Assembly (NCBI GenBank): GCA_947598325.1
Contig: CANQFD010000001.1
Coordinates: 48,217-112,216, forward strand
Length of the DNA: 64,000 nucleotides
DNA from: an uncultured Bacilli bacterium
GTDB taxonomy: Bacteria; Bacillota_I; Bacilli_A; RF39; UBA660
Reading direction: 5' to 3'
A program made the position numbers and the translations under genes. A model generated the notes under the pieces. It saw only the letters and a list, made by a program, of their open reading frames with translations. It made no database searches and was not told the origin of the DNA. Below are positions 51,996-61,390 of this stretch, in pieces. How positions within the stretch are numbered: the first letter of the stretch is position 1; each line of letters opens with the position of its first letter.

Positions 51996-52385
51996 TTATT
52001 TATCTGTTTTTATTTCACTATATTTCAAAACATTATTCTTATTTTTTATTTCATCTACATTAGATAAATTAGAACATATACTATGTAGCTCTGATAAAAA
52101 TTTATACATAATTCTATTTGAATCATCTGAAAAATTAAAATCATCTATTTCGCTAAATAATATTTTAAAAAAAGAACAATATATATTACTTAATAATTTT
52201 ATTTGCTCTTCTGAGCACAATGCTTGATATTTTTTATCTTCCATTGCAAGTTGATAAAAATAATTAATATTATTTTCTATAGTTTTTGCATATAAAACAG
52301 CATCCTCTAAATTGAAACTATTAGGTAAATTTTCTATTGCTTTTTTAGCTTTTAATTCTTCTATGTTTATTATTTTATCATCCAT
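51996..52385 (-). CDS. Hypothetical protein (129 aa).
   Basis: The ORF is the only evidence. Confidence 0.35.
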   Translation of the reverse strand: MDDKIINIEELKAKKAIENLPNSFNLEDAVLYAKTIENNINYFYQLAMEDKKYQALCSEEQIKLLSNIYCSFFKILFSEIDDFNFSDDSNRIMYKFLSELHSICSNLSNVDEIKNKNNVLKYSEIKTDK

Positions 52386-52408
52386 ATTATTACCCCCTTA
52401 CTAGTAAC

Positions 52409-53035
52409 TTACTTAACTTTCGCACTTATAACTATTTTATTTAACTCATTTATATATTTTTCATAGTCTTCTTTTATTAATACTTGACTTACATAGACAA
52501 CATAATTAGGTACATTAACAAAATCTATAACGGAAAAAATATATATACAATCTGAAGATTTCTCTGTTTTTCCAGAATACTCTATCCTTGTTATAACCTT
52601 GTCTTCATATGTTTTAACAGTTTCTTTTTTGAATAATTTCATATCATTTCTAGTTTTTAAAAAATATGCAACTTGATTATCCAATATTTGTTTACTATTC
52701 TCTTCTTCATAATTTTCTAAATTATATGTAAATATTGCAGTTGCAAGTAATCTTTTTTCATCTTTTACATATAAATCATGAGTTTCATCTGATATAAGTT
52801 TATGACCTTCCTTGAATGTAAAATCAACTTTATTATCTTTAGTAGTATATGTATTAGTTTTTATTTCATTTTTTTTAGATTCTTCTTTTTTTTCATTTTG
52901 TTCTGCAAAAATAGAAGAAGATATAATTAATAATATTATTAATATAAGTGGTATTATAACGAATAAATATTTTAAATTTATCTTACTAGATATTTTTTTC
53001 ATCTTATCTTTCATATCTAAATCCTTTCTAATCAA
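52409..53035 (-). CDS. Hypothetical exported or membrane-anchored protein (208 aa).
   Basis: N-terminal signal anchor. I recognise no motif. Confidence 0.4.
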   Translation of the reverse strand: MIRKDLDMKDKMKKISSKINLKYLFVIIPLILIILLIISSSIFAEQNEKKEESKKNEIKTNTYTTKDNKVDFTFKEGHKLISDETHDLYVKDEKRLLATAIFTYNLENYEEENSKQILDNQVAYFLKTRNDMKLFKKETVKTYEDKVITRIEYSGKTEKSSDCIYIFSVIDFVNVPNYVVYVSQVLIKEDYEKYINELNKIVISAKVK

Positions 53036-53630
53036 CTATGTCATTATTTTCAAATTTAATATCTAAAAATTTCCTACTTGCTAAAAAATCACACATATGA
53101 ACAAATCTTTGATATTTATCTTTTGGAATTGGAAGTATTACATTACTATATGAGTTTGTATTCCACTCTCCCATATGTGATTTTATACAATTTGTAATAA
53201 AATTAATATCTTCATCAGATAAAGATATCTTATCTTTATTTTCAATTATATAATCACATATAATAAGAGGATGGTCAAATACTGTATAAGACTCACAAGT
53301 TTTTCCATGTTTTAATCCATCATGAATCAATAATGAAATTATTATTAAATCTTTCTCTCTATCAGTAAATTTATGTCCAAGACTATTATTATTTAAAAGC
53401 TCATGGGCAATTCTTACGGCAGCTTTGGTATGTCTTATAAGACCACCATCACCTAAAGAAAATGATGGATGATATTTACCAGTTGATGATGCTTGAATTT
53501 TAAAAAAGTAATCTGGTAATAAATTTATCAACTCTTTAGCAGCTAACTTATAATTTTTATTTTTTATATACTCATATTCTTTATTAAATACACTTTCATT
53601 TAATGTTTTTTCCTTATTCACATTATTCAC
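53028..53630 (-). CDS. HD-domain phosphohydrolase.
   Basis: H..HD..H..D pattern: KYHPSFSLGDGGLIRHTKAAVRIAHEL, LLIHDGLKHG, HMGEWN, CDFLASRKF. Confidence 0.55.
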   Translation of the reverse strand: MNNVNKEKTLNESVFNKEYEYIKNKNYKLAAKELINLLPDYFFKIQASSTGKYHPSFSLGDGGLIRHTKAAVRIAHELLNNNSLGHKFTDREKDLIIISLLIHDGLKHGKTCESYTVFDHPLIICDYIIENKDKISLSDEDINFITNCIKSHMGEWNTNSYSNVILPIPKDKYQRFVHMCDFLASRKFLDIKFENNDIVD

Positions 53631-53674
53631 CTACACTAATTATAACATATTTTATTAAATTTATATAACTATAT

Positions 53675-54196
53675 CTAAAACTTGCATTTTTTTCTAAAGT
53701 TTTCTTCAAATACTAATAACTTTTTATCTCTTTCATTAAAAATATTATTCTCTTCACTTATAGTTTTTAACTCATTTTTAGAAAAATCATCTATTGATAT
53801 TAAATTATTATTACTTATATCATAAAATAAACTATCTGCATTATATTTTATTGAAGAAAGTAAATCATTTGATAGCCATAAATCAATAAAAATTCCGTTA
53901 TAACAAAATTTAAATCCTCCGAACTTATTTTTCGTATAACTAATATTATACTTATCAAGTACTTTTAATATCCAACCTAAATTTTCATTACCTAAAACTA
54001 AAAAATCTAATTCTTTTGGGACTTTATCATCAATTAAATCCCTAATTTATTCTCCAAACAAATAAACTTTAGCTAACGTAGATATTATAAATATAGGATA
54101 AAAATTATTATTAATATACCTTTTTAAGCGAGATTCTAAAGTTATATCATTAGTAAATTGATCAATTTTTTCATTATATGTTATTTGTATACTCAT
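53675..54196 (-). pseudogene. Nucleotidyltransferase with a poly(A) polymerase/CCA head domain, interrupted by an in-frame TAA at codon 50.
   Basis: One 174-codon frame runs from ATG (54196) to TAG (53675). It contains a single internal TAA at 54047-54049, which falls inside the conserved GG-x-x-RD loop. The sequence reads YLFGE*IRDLIDDKVPKELDFLVLG; compare YLVGGAVRDLLLG..DIDF. There is no in-frame start codon after the stop. Confidence 0.4.
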
Positions 54197-54303
54197 AATA
54201 AACCTCCTAAGATAAAAATACATAATATATTATACTATAATTTTTATATTTATAAGTCAAAAAAACACAGTTTATTTGTGTTTTTACCCAATAATTTATA
54301 TAT

Positions 54304-55101
54304 CTAACCTAGAGCAACATCCAAAGCCATCATTAAAACGAATCCAAATATTAATCCTAAAGTGGCTAAATTCTTATTTTCTTTCACAGATTCTGGTAAT
54401 AATTCTCTAGCTGCTACTGCTATCATAGCCCCTGCTGCAAAAGCAAGTAAAAATGGTAAAATACTTCTAATACTTAACACTAATATGACACCTATAACCG
54501 CAGATATTGGTTCTACTAAAGCTGACCCTTGCCCAAACATAAAACTTTTAAATCTTGAAAATCCTTCTTTTCTTAACGGTAAAGACACTGCTGCCCCTTC
54601 TGGAAAATTCTGAATACCAATTCCAATTGCAAGCATAATAGCACCTACTAAAGTCATACTTGGCACACCATTTGCTATACCACCAAAGGCAACCCCTATA
54701 GACATTCCTTCTGGTATATTATGAATAGTAATTGCAGATATTAATAGAATACTTCTCTTTAAAGAATCAGTATTTTTTTTAATTTTTATAGTTTTTAATA
54801 CTTTATCTAAAAAACAATCAGAAAACAATACAAATAATCCACCAACAACAAATCCAATTGATGGAAATAGCCATCCTATATATCCAAGCTGATTAGATAA
54901 ATCAATTGAAGGCGCAAGTAAAGACCAAAAAGAAGCTGCAATCATTACACCACCACTAAATCCTAAAATAGTATTTAATACCTTTTTATTTGTATACTTA
55001 AAGAAACAAACAATAAGAGAACCTAATGCGGTAACTCCCCATGTGAATGTTGTAGCAATTAGTGCTTGAATAATTGGATTTAAGTTTCCAAACCAACTCA
55101 T
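54304..55101 (-). CDS. zupT: ZIP-family zinc transporter (ZupT-like).
   Basis: TM-embedded HNIPEGMSIG and QNFPEGAAV motifs. The protein is Gly/Ala-rich, which makes this gene look locally GC-rich. Confidence 0.8.
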   Translation of the reverse strand: MSWFGNLNPIIQALIATTFTWGVTALGSLIVCFFKYTNKKVLNTILGFSGGVMIAASFWSLLAPSIDLSNQLGYIGWLFPSIGFVVGGLFVLFSDCFLDKVLKTIKIKKNTDSLKRSILLISAITIHNIPEGMSIGVAFGGIANGVPSMTLVGAIMLAIGIGIQNFPEGAAVSLPLRKEGFSRFKSFMFGQGSALVEPISAVIGVILVLSIRSILPFLLAFAAGAMIAVAARELLPESVKENKNLATLGLIFGFVLMMALDVALG

Positions 55102-55242
55102 TTTTTTTCACCTCACACTACATAATATGTATAAATAACGTATTATGTAACAGGCAAATGTCAATACAAATTACTAAGCAATATATAATATGAGAACTTC
55201 TCTTTTTTTACGATTTTCTTTTCTTATATTCGATATAACATA

Positions 55243-55268
55243 AAAACGACTTTTTTAAAAGTCGTTTT
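55243..55268. repeat. Perfect 26-bp palindrome (12+2+12) between the divergent genes zupT and the 328-aa ORF.
   Basis: aaaacgactttt tt aaaagtcgtttt. Each arm is the exact reverse complement of the other. Confidence 0.5.
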
Positions 55269-55493
55269 ATATTGATACTCGAAAAGTACGAGTTTCATAT
55301 CTATATGGTGCGAGTGTAGAGGTTATTTACAACTTTTCACAAAATTAACTATTTTCATAATAAAATACAAACTGTTATAATTTGCTTCACAAACTTTTTA
55401 TTTATGTAATATCTTTTATTAAATACTTTCCTCCGAAAACTTTACTATTTATCGAATTTAAGTTACAATTATGACGTAATTAGGGAGGTTTTT

Positions 55494-56480
55494 ATGGATA
55501 TGGAAAAAGTTAATTTTAATAAGAATATAACATATGGAAATGAAAAAAAATTTGCACTTCGATTTGAAGGAATTGAATCTAGTTCAAATATTGATAAGGA
55601 AAAAATAAATAAATTACTTGATAATCTTATTAGTTCAAAATCTCATACTAATATGATAAGAAATGTTGCATTTATCAGAACAATACTAAAAGGAGTTGAA
55701 GAAAAATTACTAGTTGTTGAATATAGTGATAAAAATTCTCAAGAAATAGTAAAATACGACAATGGAAATTTGTTTTTCTTTAATTGCAAAAACAAAAACG
55801 ATGAAAATAAAAATTCAATAACTATAGAATTTGACTCAGGTAACTTAAAGATATTTGTTTCAAAAAAAGACAAAGATAGTATTTTAGATTATCCACATTA
55901 TGATAGTATGAATCACCAACTTAATGAATTAATCAAACATATGCATTTATTAAAAAATGTTAAGCCAGTTAATTTAGATATGGATTCTAAAGCCTTAATA
56001 GAAATATATAAATTATTTTATGATGAAAATCCTGATTTTAGTCTTTCAAATATAAATATTAGAGTACAGACAATGATGTCTATTTTGGCACAGTTTGGAA
56101 TAACTCTTGGAGCTGATTATTCATTTAGCCTGCTAGGAAAAAGTAAAATGCCCAATTCTTTATATATTGAACAACTTGTAAACAAATTATTTCCATTAGG
56201 AGAAATAACTGACATTGATGAATCAATTAAACTTGCAGATGAACCAAAGAAAATTATAAAAATTGTTGGAGAATGTGTGAGAGAAGTAATTAATGATGGA
56301 TATAATAAAGATGATGCTTTAATAACAATTAGTAAAGTTATTCATGCAGGAAGATATGATCTTTCTTCAAATTCAAATGTTAAAGAATTAAGCAATTTTA
56401 CTAATCGTACGCAAAATGAAGTTGAATCTAGTATAAGATTAGTTAAACGTATTGAAAAAAAATTAAACAGTGATAAATAA
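55494..56480 (+). CDS. Hypothetical protein (328 aa). It stands alone between zupT and the tRNA.
   Basis: ORF with an RBS GGGAGG 8 nt upstream. I recognise no motif. Confidence 0.5.
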   Translation: MDMEKVNFNKNITYGNEKKFALRFEGIESSSNIDKEKINKLLDNLISSKSHTNMIRNVAFIRTILKGVEEKLLVVEYSDKNSQEIVKYDNGNLFFFNCKNKNDENKNSITIEFDSGNLKIFVSKKDKDSILDYPHYDSMNHQLNELIKHMHLLKNVKPVNLDMDSKALIEIYKLFYDENPDFSLSNINIRVQTMMSILAQFGITLGADYSFSLLGKSKMPNSLYIEQLVNKLFPLGEITDIDESIKLADEPKKIIKIVGECVREVINDGYNKDDALITISKVIHAGRYDLSSNSNVKELSNFTNRTQNEVESSIRLVKRIEKKLNSDK

Positions 56481-56828
56481 AAGAAGATTTTAAGCACTAA
56501 TATTCAAAATCTTCTTTTTATATTGTACTATTTTCTTTAATAATTTGATATATCTTTATAATTTTCTTTAACTAATGCACTAAAAAGAGTAATCTAGGCT
56601 AAATATATAATTTATATCCTATTTTTAGTTTTTTAAATATATTTTGTTTATGACAAAATAATTAACCCCCTAGGTATTTTGACAAGTATATCAAAATTAC
56701 CTGATGAAAATAAAAAAAATTTATTTGTTCGCTTGTTTTATATATTTTAATATTATATAATTTTTATTAGGAAATACTATAACTGTTGAGTACTTGCCAA
56801 CTTCTTATTGGAAGGAGGCTTGATATTT

Positions 56829-56918
56829 ATGAAGAGAAAAGATTTATTAATCTCGTTTCTAATATTAATTATCATTTTATTAATAGTCTCTTTAATGATT
56901 CTATGTATAAAAAAATAG
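56829..56918 (+). CDS. 29-aa hydrophobic peptide, similar in shape to type I toxins.
   Basis: MKRKDLLISFLILIIILLIVSLMILCIKK. A very strong RBS GGAAGGAGG lies 9 nt upstream. One TM helix is flanked by Lys/Arg. A hairpin follows the stop. Confidence 0.3.
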   Translation: MKRKDLLISFLILIIILLIVSLMILCIKK

Positions 56919-57035
56919 TACTCAATCTGCAATAGATTAAGTACAAACTCTTGTTAGGGTAAGTACTCAACATGCAAAAGTTAAGTATTTCCCTTTTTTA
57001 TTTTATGCAAGTTTCCTTGACATATTCATCATAAC

Positions 57036-57062
57036 ATAAAAAAGAACTTTTTGCAAGTTCTC
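57036..57062 (-). terminator. Intrinsic terminator downstream of tRNA-Arg.
   Basis: Minus strand: GAGAACTTGCAAAAAGTTCTTTTTT. Confidence 0.45.
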
Positions 57063-57099
57063 TATATCAAAGTTCGAATAGTTCGAACAGATTCGTCAC

Positions 57100-57176
<77 letters not shown>

Positions 57177-57240
57177 AATATGTCATTCAAATGACATATT
57201 GATTATACAATAAAATTTATCTTTTTTCAATATTTTTTAT
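57177..57240 (-). promoter_or_regulatory. tRNA-Arg promoter, plus a 10-bp inverted repeat in the leader.
   Basis: Minus strand: TTGAAA, 15 nt, TGtTATAAT. Then atatgtcatt-ca-aatgacatat, a palindrome that abuts the mature 5' end of the tRNA. Confidence 0.4.
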
Positions 57241-58175
57241 TAAATTTGTTTATTATTAACAAAAAAGTTAATTTTACTAACATCATAATTATCTTTTATT
57301 GAATATGAAATACTATATATTACCTCTTCTAATACTTTTTTGTTGTTTTCATTATCAAATAAATACTCATTAAAGTTTAAGTCTAATTCCCCTTCATCAA
57401 AATTATAATTTATTAATTTTGCATTATAATTTAAATAACTAATCAAATTACTTTCATATGATATATTACTAGATAATTCATCCACTATTATTTTTATTTT
57501 TTCTTCATTACTATTTATATATTTTGTAACAGGAATATAATATGTCTCATCTTTATTGTTTTTACTTAGATAGTAAATAGTAACTCTAGTTATATTATCT
57601 AAATTTTCTATATCATATTCTTTATTTATACCATAATCTCTATTTAAAACTTTATCTATTCTTTTTCCTGATTTTGGAAGTGTTTCTAAAATTTTACCAT
57701 TAATATTTAATTCTACATTTTTTATATTTTCTACAGTAGTTACTGTATATATAATAGCTTCTATTATCTTTTCTTCATAATCGCTTCTAACATCAAGAAG
57801 ATTTTCATTAAAATTTAATTTTACTGTATCGTTATCTATTTTTATATCTAATAATTGAGTGTCTGAAGGAAGTATAGCATTAAATCCATTTGGTATTCTA
57901 TTTTGATATTTGCCATCTATTATCATAACCTCAATTAATTCTTTAACTAATTTATCTTTTTCTATAGAATTTACAGATACTGTTGTTTTAGATATATAGT
58001 TATTTTTATCTATTAGAAATATATCATGATATTTTGGATTAATATCTTGATATGTAGCCGTTGTATCTGGTAAATTATTTTTTTCTGGAAATAAATAAAA
58101 TAAAAAAACTATCAAGAGAAGTACTGTATATCTAAGGATGTTTTTACTATAAAATTTTCTTATCATATTCTTCAC
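57240..58175 (-). CDS. GerM-like protein (tandem GerMN-type domains?), membrane or lipid anchored.
   Basis: 311 aa with an N-terminal signal anchor. It reads as two repeated halves of about 130 aa each. In B. subtilis, gerM lies close to gerE. I found no motif-level proof. Confidence 0.35.
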   Translation of the reverse strand: MKNMIRKFYSKNILRYTVLLLIVFLFYLFPEKNNLPDTTATYQDINPKYHDIFLIDKNNYISKTTVSVNSIEKDKLVKELIEVMIIDGKYQNRIPNGFNAILPSDTQLLDIKIDNDTVKLNFNENLLDVRSDYEEKIIEAIIYTVTTVENIKNVELNINGKILETLPKSGKRIDKVLNRDYGINKEYDIENLDNITRVTIYYLSKNNKDETYYIPVTKYINSNEEKIKIIVDELSSNISYESNLISYLNYNAKLINYNFDEGELDLNFNEYLFDNENNKKVLEEVIYSISYSIKDNYDVSKINFFVNNKQI

Positions 58176-58217
58176 CTATAAGAGTATATGATAAAATCTT
58201 AAAAAAAATGAGAAATC

Positions 58218-58436
58218 TTACAAAGATATCTCATTTAATTTTAATAATTCCACTACTGCCCCACTTCTACCTTTAACACCTAGTTTTTGCATTACATTTG
58301 ATATATGATTTCTTACTGTTTTTTCACTTATATTAAGTTTATCTGCGATTTCTTTTGTAGAATGATTTTTAATTAATAGTTCAAATACTTCTCTTTCTCT
58401 TTTTGTTAATATCCCTTTACACATTTTAATCCTCAC
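58218..58436 (-). CDS. gerE: Spore coat transcription regulator GerE (LuxR/FixJ HTH).
   Basis: LTKREREVFELLIKNHSTKEIADKLNISEKTVRNHISNVMQKLGVKGRSGAVVELLKL is near-identical in pattern to B. subtilis GerE. Length is 72 aa. Confidence 0.8.
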   Translation of the reverse strand: MRIKMCKGILTKREREVFELLIKNHSTKEIADKLNISEKTVRNHISNVMQKLGVKGRSGAVVELLKLNEISL

Positions 58437-58536
58437 TTTCTTGTTAAGAGGTGTATATATAATTACTCATATTATTGTATGTGAAAAAGGGAAATTTGTT
58501 ATTGATCTTAAACATAGAAAAAAATAACTTTTATAG

Positions 58537-59046
58537 TTATTTTTGAAATTTAACTGATATATACATTTTAGAATCAAAACTTTTTTGAACTAAATCCATA
58601 ATTTCATTTGCAAGTTTTGAGTCATGACTATCTTTAATTATTACTACCCTAACTTGATCATCTTTTATTTTTATAAAATTATCTAATTTATATTCTTCTT
58701 TTATTTTAGCACTTATTTCCTCTTCTTTACCTTTCATTATATTTAATACTTTTAGCTCCTCATATGCATTATTCTTTTCTTCACTAGTTGATTTATCATT
58801 TGTTAAAATAGTTTGAAGTTCTGTTATTTTTTGATTTCTCTCTTCATCATTTTCTACCTTAAGTGCTGCGATTGTATCATTCTCGTCTGTTTTTGTTATT
58901 TTATATGTTGATTTACTCTCTTTATTAGTACTATTTGCCAAAAATTCAGATGGCATAGTAATATAATATACACTTAATACTAGAATTAAACTAAATAATG
59001 TTAGTAACCATATACTTTGTTTATTTATCATATATATTCCCTCCAT
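58537..59046 (-). CDS. spoIIIAH: Stage III sporulation protein AH-like.
   Basis: The TM segment KQSIWLLTLFSLILVLSVYYITMPSE matches the SpoIIIAH signal anchor as I remember it. The middle is a Lys/Glu-rich linker. The C-terminal block is YscJ-like: DDQVRVVIIKDSHDSKLANEIMDLVQKSF. Confidence 0.55.
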   Translation of the reverse strand: MEGIYMINKQSIWLLTLFSLILVLSVYYITMPSEFLANSTNKESKSTYKITKTDENDTIAALKVENDEERNQKITELQTILTNDKSTSEEKNNAYEELKVLNIMKGKEEEISAKIKEEYKLDNFIKIKDDQVRVVIIKDSHDSKLANEIMDLVQKSFDSKMYISVKFQK

Positions 59047-59094
59047 ACTTACTAATAAAGTATATTAATGAAAATATATATTTATTACATAAAT

Positions 59095-59628
59095 TTATAT
59101 AGATAAATTTTCTATTACTTTTCTTATTCTAGTATATATATCACCATAATGTTGATAAAGTTTTTCTTCTAGTTCTGTATTATATACTTTATCATCATTA
59201 TTTAATTTAGAAATAATATAATAGTGTATAAGTTCATCTACCATTTTCTTATCTTTTATAAAATCATAATTTCTAAGTTCAAAAATTAATATAGAATCAA
59301 TGTCTTCAAGTTTATTATTATTTATATTATTAATTAATATTTTTTTTAAACGCAAGAATTCTTTTTCTTTTATAGAATTATTTCTTATAATTTCTAATAT
59401 AAATGAATGAATAACACCTTCATATCCCATTATATAAAAGTCTTTTTCTTCGTTATATCCTTTTAAATTAGGATTTAATAAATAATCATTCTCTTTTGGA
59501 ATATCTAATGTTTCATTTTTTAAATGAGATAACATAATTTCTTTTACTTTATTATAAAAATCATCTTCATTAAATTCTTTTTTCTTCTTCAAAAAAAATT
59601 CATCTACTATAATATCATCTGTAAACAT
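59095..59628 (-). CDS. Hypothetical cytoplasmic protein (177 aa).
   Basis: ORF with no TM helix. I recognise no motif. Confidence 0.4.
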   Translation of the reverse strand: MFTDDIIVDEFFLKKKKEFNEDDFYNKVKEIMLSHLKNETLDIPKENDYLLNPNLKGYNEEKDFYIMGYEGVIHSFILEIIRNNSIKEKEFLRLKKILINNINNNKLEDIDSILIFELRNYDFIKDKKMVDELIHYYIISKLNNDDKVYNTELEEKLYQHYGDIYTRIRKVIENLSI

Positions 59629-59699
59629 AATTAGATTATTTCCCCTTCTAAAAAATATTTATATAATAACATATTTTATTATACTAAAAATCAAGAAAA

Positions 59700-60260
59700 T
59701 TACTTTCTTGATTGATATTTACCATCCTTTGTTGAAACAATAATTGTATCTCCTTCATTTACGAATAATGGAACTTTAACTGTCATACCGTTTTCAAGTT
59801 CTGCATCTTTTTGTGCACTACCTGATGTATTTCCTTTAACAGCATCCGCAGTGAATGCTACAACATATTCTATTTTTTCTGGTAAGTTAAGTCCTATAAG
59901 TTCTGTATCATAATAAACTAATTCTACTTCTAAATTTTCTTTTAGATATTTAACTTCATCTTTTATTGTATCTTCATTTATTTCAACTTGTTCAAATGAA
60001 TTCATATCCATAAAATAATAAGTATCTGTAGTATTATATAAATATTGCATTGTTTTTTTTGTAATATTAGCTTTTTCTATTTTTATATTTGTATTAAATG
60101 TTTTTTCTAATGTTGTATTAGTTCTTAAATTTTTTAATTTAGTTTTCATAAAAGCTGCACCTTTACCTGGTTTAACATGTAAAAATTCAACTATTTGGTA
60201 CAAATTTCCATCAACTATAACTGTCATACCATTTTTTATATCATTTATATCGATCATCAT
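59700..60260 (-). CDS. efp: Elongation factor P.
   Basis: DINDIKNGMTVIVDGNLYQIVEFLHVKPGKGAAFMKTKLKNLRT, including the KPGKG loop. Confidence 0.9.
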   Translation of the reverse strand: MMIDINDIKNGMTVIVDGNLYQIVEFLHVKPGKGAAFMKTKLKNLRTNTTLEKTFNTNIKIEKANITKKTMQYLYNTTDTYYFMDMNSFEQVEINEDTIKDEVKYLKENLEVELVYYDTELIGLNLPEKIEYVVAFTADAVKGNTSGSAQKDAELENGMTVKVPLFVNEGDTIIVSTKDGKYQSRK

Positions 60261-60266
60261 AATACA

Positions 60267-61184
60267 TCAATCCTCCATATTTTTTATTGCATCTTTAATT
60301 ATTTTCTTTGAATTTTCTAATTTTTTTAATTCTTCATCATTAAGATTAATTCTCATTACACCTTTTATACCATCTTTATTTATAACTGCTGGCATGCCAA
60401 TATATATATCTTCAACTGGTGATGATACTGTTAATACTGTTTCTTCATCAGATAAAATTGAATCTGTTATTCCAACCAAGCACATGCCAATTCCATAACT
60501 TGTTTCACCTTTATATTTAATTATATTATATGCAGCAGACTTAACTTCATTTTCTATTATATTTAAATCATTACTAGATACTATTTTCTTTATAGGTATT
60601 ACACCTACCTCTGCACTTGACCAAAGTACAAATTCACTATCACCATGTTCTCCAACAACATATGCATGTATATTTTTTGGATTAATACCTATTTTCTTAC
60701 TTAACAAAAATCTAAGTCTTGATGTATCTAATGTTGTTCCTGTCCCAATTACTTTATTTGATGGAAAGTTTGAATATTTTCTTGTTATATAAGTCATTAT
60801 GTCTACTGGATTAGTTGCTACTAAAAATATACCTTTAAAACCAGAATCAATAACATTTTTTACTATTTCTTTAACTATTTTGGAATTCTTATTAATAAGA
60901 TTTAATCTTGTTTCTCCATTTTTTTGATTATCCCCCGCTGCGATAACTACAATTTTAGCATTTTTACAATCACTGTATTCTCCTGCTTTAACTATTGTTT
61001 TAGAAGGTGCAAATGAAGACCCATGACTTAGATCTAGTGCATTTCCTAAAGCTTTTTGTGTATTTTTATCAATGAGAACAATTTCATCTATATTATTATT
61101 TTGGTTAAGTAAAGCATAAGAATATGCAATACCGACATTTCCGCAACCAATAACAACCACTTTATTCATTCTTTTTTCCTCCAA
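60267..61184 (-). CDS. ldh: L-lactate dehydrogenase.
   Basis: VVVIGCGNVG NAD-binding fold. Also IVLIDKN, the substrate loop AGDNQKNGETRL, and GEHGDSEF. Confidence 0.85.
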   Translation of the reverse strand: MEEKRMNKVVVIGCGNVGIAYSYALLNQNNNIDEIVLIDKNTQKALGNALDLSHGSSFAPSKTIVKAGEYSDCKNAKIVVIAAGDNQKNGETRLNLINKNSKIVKEIVKNVIDSGFKGIFLVATNPVDIMTYITRKYSNFPSNKVIGTGTTLDTSRLRFLLSKKIGINPKNIHAYVVGEHGDSEFVLWSSAEVGVIPIKKIVSSNDLNIIENEVKSAAYNIIKYKGETSYGIGMCLVGITDSILSDEETVLTVSSPVEDIYIGMPAVINKDGIKGVMRINLNDEELKKLENSKKIIKDAIKNMED

Positions 61185-61198
61185 AAAATAAGATTTTC

Positions 61199-61390
61199 TT
61201 ATTTTTTCTCTTTATGAACTGTATGTTTTTTACATGTAGGACAATATTTATTTAATTCCATACGTTCAGGATTGTTAACTTTACTTTTTTGTATGAAATA
61301 ATTTTCCTTTGAAACACCAAGTTCTGCTTTACATACTGTACATTCAAATGCAACATAACCTCTTGCATCTTTCTTTTTTGATTTTCCCAT
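61199..61390 (-). CDS. rpmG: 50S ribosomal protein L33.
   Basis: C4 zinc ribbon CTVC..CPTC, NNPERMELNKYCPTCKKHTVHKE. I placed the start at the ATG at 61390 because a GAGGAGG RBS sits 8 nt upstream. The listed ORF extends to a TTG further upstream. Confidence 0.7.
   Translation of the reverse strand: MGKSKKKDARGYVAFECTVCKAELGVSKENYFIQKSKVNNPERMELNKYCPTCKKHTVHKEKK

Noticed and set aside
54047-54049. The in-frame TAA as evidence for stop-codon reassignment or programmed recoding.
   Set aside because: All other genes in the window end normally at TAA/TAG/TGA. No other internal TAA occurs in a conserved protein. A pseudogene or a sequencing error is far more likely.
54304-55101. The locally elevated GC of zupT as a sign of horizontal acquisition.
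   Set aside because: The GC enrichment follows the Gly/Ala-rich TM composition of ZIP transporters (GGC/GCT codons). There are no flanking mobility genes or repeats.
55102-55180. A Zur box upstream of zupT.
   Set aside because: The best candidate (ATAACGTATTATGTAAC) is not palindromic and does not match the TCGTAATnATTACGA consensus well enough to call.
57240-58175. A confident GerM assignment.
   Set aside because: The call rests on size, lipoprotein-like anchor, a two-repeat layout and proximity to gerE. It is not based on motifs. I left it at low confidence.
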